Shown here: positions 8,997 to 17,280 of the stretch, in pieces
Layout of the letters: each line of letters begins with the position of its first letter
How positions within the stretch are numbered: the first letter of the stretch is position 1
Origin: Patescibacteria group bacterium
GTDB taxonomy: Bacteria > Patescibacteriota > WWE3 > JAMCXX01
NCBI GenBank assembly: GCA_023474425.1
Contig: JAMCXX010000002.1
Coordinates: 4,217 to 68,216 of the forward strand
Length of the DNA: 64,000 nucleotides
Direction: 5' to 3'
The notes under the pieces: generated by a model
What the model saw: the letters and a program-made list of their open reading frames with translations, nothing else
Databases searched by the model: none
Told to the model about the DNA's origin: nothing
Translations under genes and position numbers: made by a program

Positions 8997-10220
8997 ATGA
9001 ACTTTAGCGAACTTTTTTGGGATAGCTTTAAAAATTTAAGTGTTAATAAACTGCGCACCGGCCTGGCCGCTTTGGGTATTGTTATTGGCATTGGCAGCGT
9101 CATTGGCCTGATTTCCCTGGGCCAGGGCAGCCAGCTTTCGGTGCAGTCACAGATTGAATCTCTAGGCGCCAATCTACTTACGGTCAGCCCCGGCGCTCCA
9201 TCGAGCGGCGCGGTCCGCGGCGCCGTTGGCGGCGGCACCACCCTAACCAACGGGGACGCCGCGGCTATTGCCGCCTCACCGCAAGTAACCACCATTCAAA
9301 ACGTCTCGCCGGAACTTTCGCGCCGCTCGCAAGTGACCACGGGCGCTGCCAACACCAACACCCAAGTCATAGGCGTTGAACCGGACTACCAAAGCGTTCA
9401 CAAAGTAGAAATAGCCGCGGGCAGTTTTATTAGCCAAAGAGACGTCGACTCTCTGGCCAAGGTAGCCGTGGTCGGGCCACAGGTTATGAGCGACCTTTTT
9501 GGCGACGGTTCAAACCCTATTGGACAGTCGATAAGAATTAACAACCAAAGTTTCACGATCGTTGGCGAAACCGTTTCCAAAGGCGGCTCCGGATTTCAAA
9601 ACCAGGACGATATTATTTTTGTTCCCCTCTCCACCGCGCAAAAAACGGTTTATGGCGCCGACTATTTAAGCTCAATTGCTCTCGAGGCCAAGAGTCAGGA
9701 GGTTATGACCGAAGCCGAAAACCAGGTGGGCTATCTGCTGCTTTCCCGTCACAAATTGAGCGACCCTGCCCAGGCCGATTTTAGGATTTTTTCTCAAGCA
9801 GATATTCTGAACACGGCCGCCTCGGTTACCGGCGCCTTTACCTCCATGCTCTCCGGCATTGCCGCCATTTCCCTGCTTGTGGGCGGCATTGGCATTATGA
9901 ATATTATGCTTATGTCCGTAACCGAGCGCACACGCGAAATCGGTTTGCGCAAAGCTTTAGGAGCCAAGAAGAAAACGATTACCCAGCAGTTCTTAACCGA
10001 GTCGGTGATTTTGACTTTTGCCGGCGGTCTTTTTGGCATTGTTCTGGGCATGATTATCTCCCTTATTCTTTCAAAAGTTACGGGCATACCGTTTGTTCTG
10101 GCGCCCTCGTCAATTATTTTGGCCTTCGGGGTTTCGGTGGGTATTGGCATTCTTTTCGGCTGGTATCCGGCCAATCGCGCCGCTAACCTCCAACCGATTG
10201 AGGCGTTGAGATATGAGTAA
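8997..10220 (+). CDS. ABC transporter permease (MacB/FtsX family)
   Basis: N-terminal TM segment, large periplasmic domain and a C-terminal FtsX-like 3-TM bundle. Confidence 0.9.
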   Translation: MNFSELFWDSFKNLSVNKLRTGLAALGIVIGIGSVIGLISLGQGSQLSVQSQIESLGANLLTVSPGAPSSGAVRGAVGGGTTLTNGDAAAIAASPQVTTIQNVSPELSRRSQVTTGAANTNTQVIGVEPDYQSVHKVEIAAGSFISQRDVDSLAKVAVVGPQVMSDLFGDGSNPIGQSIRINNQSFTIVGETVSKGGSGFQNQDDIIFVPLSTAQKTVYGADYLSSIALEAKSQEVMTEAENQVGYLLLSRHKLSDPAQADFRIFSQADILNTAASVTGAFTSMLSGIAAISLLVGGIGIMNIMLMSVTERTREIGLRKALGAKKKTITQQFLTESVILTFAGGLFGIVLGMIISLILSKVTGIPFVLAPSSIILAFGVSVGIGILFGWYPANRAANLQPIEALRYE

Positions 10221-10221
10221 G

Positions 10222-10388
10222 AACACCACTGATTTTCTTCACAGATACCCACTGATAGAAAGACGGGTGGCAAAGGCGGAGGGAGTCCCGTCGAGCGACC
10301 GGAACGAAGTGAGGACGCCTGCCTGCCGCAGGCAGGTCGGGTGGGACAGCTTGTCCGCCTCTGGCGGAAGCCTTTGGCAGGACCCGTC
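10222..10388 (+). repeat. structured intergenic repeat, copy B with 5' flank (core 10262-10388)
   Basis: Same scaffold as copies A and C, plus an extra hairpin (CCGCCTCTGGCGG). The 5' flank AACACCACTGATTTTCTTCACAGAT is shared with copy C. Confidence 0.6.
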
Positions 10389-10434
10389 ATATTGTTATTG
10401 CAAAAATTACTAACTTGAAAGGCGGTGAAAGCAG

Positions 10435-10851
10435 ATGAAAAATCCTTTATTAATAACCATTATTATTGCCCTGGTCGTGGGCGCAGGAGCTTTCTTGGGC
10501 GGTGTGCAGTACCAAAAAAGCCGCGGTGTTGGCAACTTTGCCGCCCAATTCGGAAACACGGCTAACCGCCGATTCGGACCTAACGGACCGAACGGAGCTT
10601 CAAACCGCGCCGTGCGCGGTCAGGTGGAAAGTATTGATGACAAAAGCCTAACCGTCAAACTTCCCGACGGTTCCTCAAAAATTGTGCTTTTTGGCACCAA
10701 TACCAACTTCATGGAGGCCACATCTGCCTCGCAGCAGAACATAAAATCGGGCGACGAAGTTTCGGTTTTTGGCACCAACAATGCCGATGGCTCAATTACC
10801 GCCCAGGACGTTCAAATTGGCCAAACAATGCGTCCCAATGTCGGACAGTAA
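10435..10851 (+). CDS. small secreted protein (DUF5666-like beta domain, tentative)
   Basis: N-terminal TM/signal segment. The C-terminal pattern (KSLTVKLPDGS...GDEVSVFGT...GSITAQDVQIG) supports only a weak family call. Confidence 0.5.
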   Translation: MKNPLLITIIIALVVGAGAFLGGVQYQKSRGVGNFAAQFGNTANRRFGPNGPNGASNRAVRGQVESIDDKSLTVKLPDGSSKIVLFGTNTNFMEATSASQQNIKSGDEVSVFGTNNADGSITAQDVQIGQTMRPNVGQ

Positions 10852-10855
10852 GCAA

Positions 10856-11602
10856 TTAAATTTGAATCTTGGAAAAGAGGTAACTGCCAACGGCCAGGAG
10901 GAGGGCTGTCATTACCGAAAGAACTGCGAGATCGAGTGACAGCCCAAAGTGGGCCGCGCCAACTAGGGTCCCCCTAAGGCCGTCCACCCCGTAAGAAAGC
11001 GGGTCAATGGCGGTAATAATCTCCAAAAACTTAGGCAGGCCGTTCAAGGGAAAAAGCGCCCCCGAAAGAAAGAAAAGAGGCATAATCAGAAAATTCATAA
11101 TAAGCTGAAACCCCTGCATATCGTCCAGAACCGAGGCAATGGCCGTGCCCAAGGCCGTAAAAAGGACGGCCGTAAGCACCACAAAAGCCAGAGCGGGTAC
11201 TAAGTGAAGCCAGGTCTGCGGGCGGAAGCCGGCCAGAAGAGAAATAAGAAAAACGATAATTCCCTGTAAGGTGGCCACGGTGGCGCCGCCCAAAGTCCGG
11301 CCGATCATAATCTCCAGGCGCGAAACGGGCGCCACCAGAGTTTCCTTAAGAAATCCGAACTGCCGGTCCCAAATAATTTCGATGCCGGCGAAAACCGAAG
11401 TAAAAAGGACACTCATAGCAATAATCCCCGGCGTCAAAAACTCCAGGTAGTTACCCTGGCCGGCCCTTTGAAAAACCGGACCAAAGCCAAAACCTAGGGC
11501 TAAAAGAAACAAAATTGGCTGTCCCAAAGAACCAATAATACGTGAGCGGGACCTTAAATATCTTTTAATCTGGCGCAGCCAGAGAATATAAACAGCCTTC
11601 AT
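10856..11602 (-). CDS. ABC-2 type exporter permease
   Basis: Six-TM protein directly downstream of a DrrA-like ATPase gene. Confidence 0.85.
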   Translation of the reverse strand: MKAVYILWLRQIKRYLRSRSRIIGSLGQPILFLLALGFGFGPVFQRAGQGNYLEFLTPGIIAMSVLFTSVFAGIEIIWDRQFGFLKETLVAPVSRLEIMIGRTLGGATVATLQGIIVFLISLLAGFRPQTWLHLVPALAFVVLTAVLFTALGTAIASVLDDMQGFQLIMNFLIMPLFFLSGALFPLNGLPKFLEIITAIDPLSYGVDGLRGTLVGAAHFGLSLDLAVLSVMTALLLAVGSYLFSKIQI

Positions 11603-11606
11603 ATTT

Positions 11607-12422
11607 TTAGCGATGCCAAAGTCTTCGCCTCATCCTCATTTGGTCAACGGCTCCGGCCTCATCGTCGCGGATTTTGTGACCGGTGAGCGAGAGAAAAGAT
11701 TCTTCAAGAGTTTGGCTGCCCGTCTTAACTTTAAGTTCTTCGGGGCTTCCCTGCCCCACAATTTTTCCTTCGTCAATAACGGCTACCTTCCCTGCCGCCT
11801 TTTCGGCCTCTTCAATATAATGAGTCGTAAAAAAGATGGTAATTTTCTCGGTCTGGTTTAAATTTTTAATGTATTGCCAAAGATGATTGCGGGTCTGCGG
11901 GTCAAGTCCTTGAGTCGGCTCATCCAAAAAGAAAATCTTAGGGTGGTGCAAAAGGCCGCGGGCAATTTCGAGCCGCCGTTTCATACCGCCGGAAAAAGTT
12001 TTAACGAGGTCGTCCCGCCGCTCCCAAAGCTCCACAAATTCCAAAAGCTCCTGAATTCTTTTCCTGCGAACATCCGCGGGAACTCTGTAAAGAACGCCGT
12101 GAAATTCCAAATTCTCGCCGGCTGTCAGTTCGTCGTCAAGACTCGGGTCCTGAAAGACAATGCCAAAAGAACCGCGCACCGCATCCTCGTGCAAAACCGG
12201 GTCGTGCCCGTCAATCAGAATTCTGCCGGAAGTAGGCTTGAGCAAAGTTGTTAGCATCTTAATGGTCGTAGATTTGCCGGCGCCGTTTGGCCCCAGGAAA
12301 GCAAAAATTTCCCCGCGGTTAACACTGAAGGAAACGTCGTTGACAGCCGCAAAGCCGCCGAAGGTTTTAACCAGGTTTTCCACCTGAATAATTTTGGCCT
12401 CGTCTAAAGATTCACCTGCCAT
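11607..12422 (-). CDS. ABC transporter ATP-binding protein (DrrA-like)
   Basis: Walker A GPNGAGKSTT, signature FSGGMKRRLEIARGL and Walker B FFLDEPTQG. Confidence 0.9.
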   Translation of the reverse strand: MAGESLDEAKIIQVENLVKTFGGFAAVNDVSFSVNRGEIFAFLGPNGAGKSTTIKMLTTLLKPTSGRILIDGHDPVLHEDAVRGSFGIVFQDPSLDDELTAGENLEFHGVLYRVPADVRRKRIQELLEFVELWERRDDLVKTFSGGMKRRLEIARGLLHHPKIFFLDEPTQGLDPQTRNHLWQYIKNLNQTEKITIFFTTHYIEEAEKAAGKVAVIDEGKIVGQGSPEELKVKTGSQTLEESFLSLTGHKIRDDEAGAVDQMRMRRRLWHR

Positions 12423-12466
12423 AAGCGGTTATTATACAACATTTGTTGGTATAATGTCCTTAAAAT

Positions 12467-13591
12467 ATGCCAACCCAACTGGCCAAAACGGCAAAAGCCA
12501 CGCGTGTCGTGTTTTTTGGCTCAATCTTCTTAATAATCTTTTATCTCATCTTCGCTCAGGCCTTCGGGCTGATTATTGGTGTCATTAAATCCCTTTTGCC
12601 GATCAGAGACGTTCCGGCCACGGTGGGTTTCGGCAAACTGCCAAAAATTAATCTGCGCTCTTTTAAGCTTTCCGGAAACCCGCCAGCTTACGAATTGGAC
12701 ACGATTACCGGCGACCTGCCGCAGATGCCCAAGAAAATTGAGGTTTATCCCGTGGTCGAGCCCAAGGCCTCTTATCTTTCCCTCGACAAAGCCAAGGATG
12801 TGGCCAAACGTTTGGGTTTTAGCACGGATCCTCAAAGCATCTCTTCAAGCACTTATTATTGGGAACAGGACTATCAAACGTTAAAAATGAATATTTTTAC
12901 CCAAAATTTTACTCTCGAAAGCGACCTAACCAAGTTGGTAATTCCCATTGGCCAGCTGCCCGACGCCGCCGCCGTCGCCGGCCAGGCCGAGCAGTTGCTT
13001 TCCGGCAAAGGATTGCTCATGTACGGTTATGAAAACGGCAACCAGACGGCAACCATGGCCCAGATTGATAACGGACAAATTATTAGAGCTCAGGGAAGTG
13101 CCAATGCCAGTCTGGCCCGCATTGATTTCTTTAGAACCTTAAACGACCCGGCCGATAAAAGCGGCAAAACTTACCCGCCCTTACTTCCGCCCAACCCCAA
13201 AGAGGGCAACATTCAAATGCTTGTTTATGCGCCCAGAAAAAACGTTGATCTCTTGAATCTTAACTATAACAACTGGGAAATCGACAAAAACAGCCCGCAG
13301 ACCTACCCCTTAAGACCGATTACTGCCGCCTGGCAGGACGTAACCTCCGGGCAGGCAGCCATTGCCTACGTGCAGGATAAAGCCGCCACTTCTTTTGACT
13401 ATCCTTCGGAAGTGGAACTCGCAAAAGTTTTTATTCGCAAAGTTTATTTAGCTTATTTTGATGATATTAACCTTCAGTCCTACCTTCAGCCGATTTATGT
13501 TTTTGACGGGGACGCCACCGATTCCTTAGGCAAACCCTACGATTTTACCGCTTATGCTTTGGCCATTGACCCTGCCTGGACCCAGCCATAG
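12467..13591 (+). CDS. hypothetical membrane-anchored/secreted protein
   Basis: 374-aa ORF with one N-terminal TM segment. No family recognised. Confidence 0.5.
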   Translation: MPTQLAKTAKATRVVFFGSIFLIIFYLIFAQAFGLIIGVIKSLLPIRDVPATVGFGKLPKINLRSFKLSGNPPAYELDTITGDLPQMPKKIEVYPVVEPKASYLSLDKAKDVAKRLGFSTDPQSISSSTYYWEQDYQTLKMNIFTQNFTLESDLTKLVIPIGQLPDAAAVAGQAEQLLSGKGLLMYGYENGNQTATMAQIDNGQIIRAQGSANASLARIDFFRTLNDPADKSGKTYPPLLPPNPKEGNIQMLVYAPRKNVDLLNLNYNNWEIDKNSPQTYPLRPITAAWQDVTSGQAAIAYVQDKAATSFDYPSEVELAKVFIRKVYLAYFDDINLQSYLQPIYVFDGDATDSLGKPYDFTAYALAIDPAWTQP

Positions 13592-13642
13592 CGATTAGTA
13601 AATAGTTCATAGTCGGCGGTAGGCAAGATTTAAAAAGTCGGA

Positions 13643-14683
13643 TTACTGCCAGAGATAACTTCTAAAAACCCAATCAACTAAATTCCGGGCGTCGGCGAAG
13701 CGGTCGGAACTGCCCAGAACCACCCCGATTATTTCGTGTCCGTCGCGGTTATAAAGGAAGGCCAAACAACCGAGGGCTTTATCGGTGTAGCCGGTTTTAA
13801 TGCCGTCAAAACCAATATTAAGCGGCAAAAGCTCATTGGTGGTTATTAAACTAAAGCTTTGGGCGCCGCCAACGGCGGTTATGGTTTCCTGAGGCGTTTC
13901 GGTAATGCGGCGAAACTCGGGGTAAGCTAAATCGGTCCGGGTCAGCTTTAAAAGGTCGCGGGCGGTGGAGTAATTATCGTCGTTTGAGTCGTCAACCCCC
14001 GAAGGATTGCCAAAATGCGTATCGGATAAACCCAATGTTTTGGCTTCGCCATTCATAAAGGTCACAAACTGAGCCGAGGTGGTGGCCTGTGGCATGGTGT
14101 TTTCGCTTAAAACGCAGGCGGCATCGGCGGCCGAAGGTAGAAGCAAGGCGTAGAGAAGAGAACGGACGGTAAAGCGCTGACCGGCTTTAAGCCCGATACG
14201 CAGGGCCGAGGCTCCAAGGTTTACAGGATCGGTACATTCGGGGCTAACGGCAACTTCTCTGCTCAAGTCGGCATTTTTAAAAGTCAAAAGAGCCGTCATC
14301 ATTTTAGTCAGGGAGGCCGGCGGCAGTTTCTCGTCGGCGTTTTTTTCATAGAGAACGGCGGAACTCGTAGCATCTTCAACCAAAGCCGCTTTACCCAAAA
14401 GAGAGGTAAAATCCTGACTCTCGGAAATTCTTACGGGCTTAACTATTTCAAGCGGCGGCGCGGCCGTTACCGTTTGTGAAAGAACCGACCCGCCCTCCGA
14501 CGATTTAGATGCTGAAGGCGCGGCCGTACCCGTAAAGAAGATATTGAAAAAAATCACCGCCAGGCTCAAAAACCTTAAAACGGTCGTAAAGGTGATTTCT
14601 TTTCTTTGGAGACTTTTCTTAAAACGTCCGCGTGTCTTTCGCAGTGACTGACCAATTAAATACTCCAATTCAAAAACTTTCAT
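13643..14683 (-). CDS. D-alanyl-D-alanine carboxypeptidase (peptidase S11)
   Basis: SxxK motif SLTKMMT and KTG motif IKTGYT, with an N-terminal membrane anchor. Confidence 0.85.
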   Translation of the reverse strand: MKVFELEYLIGQSLRKTRGRFKKSLQRKEITFTTVLRFLSLAVIFFNIFFTGTAAPSASKSSEGGSVLSQTVTAAPPLEIVKPVRISESQDFTSLLGKAALVEDATSSAVLYEKNADEKLPPASLTKMMTALLTFKNADLSREVAVSPECTDPVNLGASALRIGLKAGQRFTVRSLLYALLLPSAADAACVLSENTMPQATTSAQFVTFMNGEAKTLGLSDTHFGNPSGVDDSNDDNYSTARDLLKLTRTDLAYPEFRRITETPQETITAVGGAQSFSLITTNELLPLNIGFDGIKTGYTDKALGCLAFLYNRDGHEIIGVVLGSSDRFADARNLVDWVFRSYLWQ

Positions 14684-14770
14684 TACTAATAAGTAATACC
14701 ACTAATCCCCTACATTACCCCCCCTGCTACTATGATACGAACCTGTTTTGAACTTTCTAAAAACGGCAAA

Positions 14771-16111
14771 TTAGGGCTTCGATAAACGAAAGTCAACCCG
14801 CTCCATGTCCCGCGGAAAGAGAGAGGCTTCACGAACATTGGACAGGTTCAAAAGCTGTTTGGTAATCCTCTCCAGTCCAAAGGAAAACCCGCCCTCCGGC
14901 GGCATACCATACTTAAAAGCCTGAAGGTACATTTCGAAAGCCTGAAAATCCAAACCCCTCTCTTTAATGGCCGAAACTAAACTTTCGTAATTGTGAATCC
15001 TCTGGCTGCCGCTTAAAACTTCCATACCTTTAAAAATCAAATCGTAACTCAACGAATACTCGGGATCTTCGGGATCCGGCAGAGTGTAAAAGGCCCTCTT
15101 CCTGGTGGGAAAATGGGTAATGGTCACCAAGTCACTTTTATGCTCTCTCTTCGCCCAAGCCGAAATATCCGCCTCATCCTGCGGGGACAAATCTTTTTCG
15201 GCCCGTACGTCCCGCCCGGTCTCATTAAAAATAATTTCCTGGGCTTGCCTTAATTTTAGCCGGGGAATTTTTTTCCACTCCAACTTTGTCTGACCGAAGG
15301 CACGAAGAATTTCCGATTGCGTTTCCTCAACGTGTGAGAGCATTACTACTGCTACATTTTCCAAAAGATCCAAAAGCTCACTAAAAGAAACAAAACCGAA
15401 CTCGCAGTCCATTTGGGTGGCTTCGGAAAGGTGACGGGTGGTCACCGACGGCTCGGCCCGATAAGCTTTGGCAACGGTATAGACCCGCTCCAGAGAAGGA
15501 ATGAGCATCTGCTTGTAGAGTTGCGGGCTTTGGGTTAAGTAGCCCCAATAGTCATAATATTTGACCCTAAAAACCTCGGCACCGCCCTCGGTGGCGCTGG
15601 TGGCGATGGTGGGAACGGAAATTTCGACGCAGCCTAATGATTCCGCTGCTTTTCTAAACCCCGACAGGACAGCTGATTGAATTCTAAAAATATCGGCGAT
15701 TTTTTTGTGTCTCAATGTAAGGGTCCGCCAATCCAATAGAACCGGCAGGCTTAAATCAAGATTATCGCCGCCCATGTCGAACGGAAGTCCTTCAGCCTTA
15801 GACAGGACGCTAATTTTCTTGACTTGAACTTCTACACTTCCGGTTGGCAGATTGGCATTAACGGTCTTCTCGTCACGCCGAAGAACCTGCCCTTCGACTT
15901 CGATCACGTACTCGGGACGTATTTCCTCAACCGCGGCGAGGGTTTCCTTGTCCAACCCCCGGGGTTGGACTATAAGCTGAACAATCCCTGAGCGGTCGCG
16001 CAAGTCCAGAAAGACGATTTTGCCGTGGTCCCGCCGCCTATTGACCCAGCCGGCCAGCCTAACCTCCTGTCCAATTTTGCCGATTGTCTCCAAAGCCACC
16101 GTACGTTCCAT
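14771..16111 (-). CDS. aspS: aspartate--tRNA ligase, archaeal/type-2 form (possibly non-discriminating)
   Basis: 446 aa. N-terminal OB fold and class II motifs (KAYRAEPS, GGFSFGLERI). The short form lacks the bacterial insertion domain. Confidence 0.9.
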   Translation of the reverse strand: MERTVALETIGKIGQEVRLAGWVNRRRDHGKIVFLDLRDRSGIVQLIVQPRGLDKETLAAVEEIRPEYVIEVEGQVLRRDEKTVNANLPTGSVEVQVKKISVLSKAEGLPFDMGGDNLDLSLPVLLDWRTLTLRHKKIADIFRIQSAVLSGFRKAAESLGCVEISVPTIATSATEGGAEVFRVKYYDYWGYLTQSPQLYKQMLIPSLERVYTVAKAYRAEPSVTTRHLSEATQMDCEFGFVSFSELLDLLENVAVVMLSHVEETQSEILRAFGQTKLEWKKIPRLKLRQAQEIIFNETGRDVRAEKDLSPQDEADISAWAKREHKSDLVTITHFPTRKRAFYTLPDPEDPEYSLSYDLIFKGMEVLSGSQRIHNYESLVSAIKERGLDFQAFEMYLQAFKYGMPPEGGFSFGLERITKQLLNLSNVREASLFPRDMERVDFRLSKP

Positions 16112-16158
16112 AATCTAAACAACTGCAACTTTTAAGATAACACAAAACCTGATAAATT

Positions 16159-16209
16159 AGGATTAGGCGCGGCCCGTGACCTCAACCGTTAACGGTCGCG
16201 CCTAATCCT
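16159..16209 (-). terminator. 13-bp GC-rich hairpin between the small ORF and aspS (partial terminator or processing site)
   Basis: AGGATTAGGCGCG...CGCGCCTAATCCT with an inner palindrome ACCGTTAACGGT. The U-tract is poor on the minus strand and better (TTTTCT) on the plus strand. Confidence 0.45.
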
Positions 16210-16235
16210 TTTCTCCTACCGGGTTTTTATTGACC

Positions 16236-16505
16236 TCAGGTACCGTAGACGGAAATCGGCAGGCTCATCAGGTCCGGTTCCTCGTCCAAAATTCCTTTTG
16301 CCCAACCGAACTTCGGAACCCAAAACGCGGCTTCGGCATCACACCACCATTCACGCGCCACTGGCCGCCATTGGTAGACTCCAGGAAACTTTGGAAGGGG
16401 ACCCTTGCGACACTTCAGCTCTTCCAAATCCTTCTTGACCTGAATAGGGCAAATCTCGCCTCCATCGAGAACCTCAACGATCTCGGTCGTGTCTTTCCAA
16501 GACAT
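16236..16505 (-). CDS. hypothetical Trp/Cys-rich 89-aa protein
   Basis: ATG at 16505 is preceded by GAGGAGGTG. The tracked ORF's upstream extension runs through the T-box terminator, so the start was trimmed. Confidence 0.55.
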   Translation of the reverse strand: MSWKDTTEIVEVLDGGEICPIQVKKDLEELKCRKGPLPKFPGVYQWRPVAREWWCDAEAAFWVPKFGWAKGILDEEPDLMSLPISVYGT

Positions 16506-16544
16506 GTTTCTCACCTCCTCTCTTTCTAGACTGATTTCGGCCAA

Positions 16545-16598
16545 CCAAAAAGGCCCTTGCTCATCAACAAATAGGTCTGTTGACAAACAAGGGCCCTT
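16545..16598 (-). terminator. intrinsic terminator of the T-box expression platform
   Basis: Minus strand AAGGGCCCUUG...CAAGGGCCUU followed by UUUGG. Confidence 0.75.
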
Positions 16599-16745
16599 AG
16601 ACTCTGCTAGGGCGGTGCCACCTTGATTTCTAACTCAATTACGATCTTTAACGGAATCTTCCGGCGGATTCTACCTCCCAGCCAAGCTGGGACTCTTTCC
16701 GCAGCTCCGGTGTGTCAGCACCATCAAAGCCTTTTGGTTACTAAG
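16545..16745 (-). promoter_or_regulatory. T-box riboswitch leader (probable tRNA-Asp specificity)
   Basis: The minus strand carries AAGGUGGCACCGCC. A canonical antiterminator forms as CAAGG/[UGGCACC bulge]/GCCCU...AGGGC/CCUUG. It competes with the terminator at 16545-16598. A K-turn-like UGAUGG and a candidate GAU specifier are present, and aspS lies downstream. Confidence 0.75.
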
Positions 16746-16749
16746 GCTA

Positions 16750-16777
16750 ATAGTACTCCTTTAAACTACGAAGTCAA
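16750..16777 (-). promoter_or_regulatory. putative sigma70-type promoter for the T-box leader
   Basis: Minus strand TTGACT, 16-nt spacer, TACTAT. Confidence 0.4.
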
Positions 16778-16890
16778 ATACGTCAGCAAAAAAACGAAAT
16801 TTAAGGCGGACGATTTATTCTCCGTTTCGCGCGAAAGGGTAAACGTGGTTATCTTAGTGTTTAGGACACTAGAGATATCGTACACCTTAG

Positions 16891-16919
16891 TTGACAAAAA
16901 AATTTAAAATCTCTAGACT
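16891..16919 (+). promoter_or_regulatory. putative promoter, divergent from the T-box promoter
   Basis: TTGACA, 17-nt spacer, TAGACT. Confidence 0.55.
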
Positions 16920-16924
16920 TAAAT

Positions 16925-17012
16925 TTCAGAGTGAGAATTATGTTTTTACAAACTTTAGAAATCATAGGCACTCTGAATAAGATCTAAACCGCTGCGAGGC
17001 GGTCTTTTTTTT
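16925..17012 (+). ncRNA. short leader or small RNA with a 15-codon mini-ORF ending at an intrinsic terminator
   Basis: Hairpin CAGAGTG(16927)...CACTCTG(16975). Mini-ORF 16940-16987 encodes MFLQTLEIIGTLNKI. Terminator ACCGCT-GCGA-GGCGGT plus a T8 run spans 16988-17012. Confidence 0.4.
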
Positions 17013-17043
17013 GCCCGAAAAAATTAAGAAGAAAGGAGGAGCC

Positions 17044-17280
17044 ATGCAGGTTGTGGTGGTTCGTGACTGGTCCGACGGTCGGGGGCGGATTGGTGCCGTT
17101 GCCCTTAACATTCCGGCTGACCTGATTAAGAGATACGGGGGAAAGAGCGTCGTCCCCGTCTCGGTAACGGCGCCGCCAGAAGGCTTAGATACGCCGGCGG
17201 TCGTGCGGCTTACAGGACTGACGCAATCCCCTCTCATTCAGGTGAGCGCCGGCGACATTTTGGAGATGGAGGAGATCTAA
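17044..17280 (+). CDS. hypothetical 78-aa protein
   Basis: ATG preceded by AAAGGAGGAG. No family recognised. Confidence 0.5.
   Translation: MQVVVVRDWSDGRGRIGAVALNIPADLIKRYGGKSVVPVSVTAPPEGLDTPAVVRLTGLTQSPLIQVSAGDILEMEEI

Noticed and set aside
10240-10262. Hammerhead-like string CUGAUAGAAAG just 5' of repeat copy B.
   Set aside because: It does not match CUGAUGA...GAAA with the required stems and cleavage triplet. The equivalent position in copy C (CAGAUCGAAAG) lacks it.
16506-16586. Upstream 27 codons of the tracked ORF 16236-16586.
   Set aside because: This stretch runs through the T-box terminator hairpin. The internal ATG at 16505 has a strong GAGGAGGTG SD.
16600-16760. Possible SRP (4.5S), 6S or tmRNA gene in the long non-coding gap.
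   Set aside because: I found no GGAA-tetraloop helix-8 motif, no tag-peptide frame and no tRNA-like end. The T-box core, the 7-nt UGGCACC bulge and the competing terminator explain the region better.
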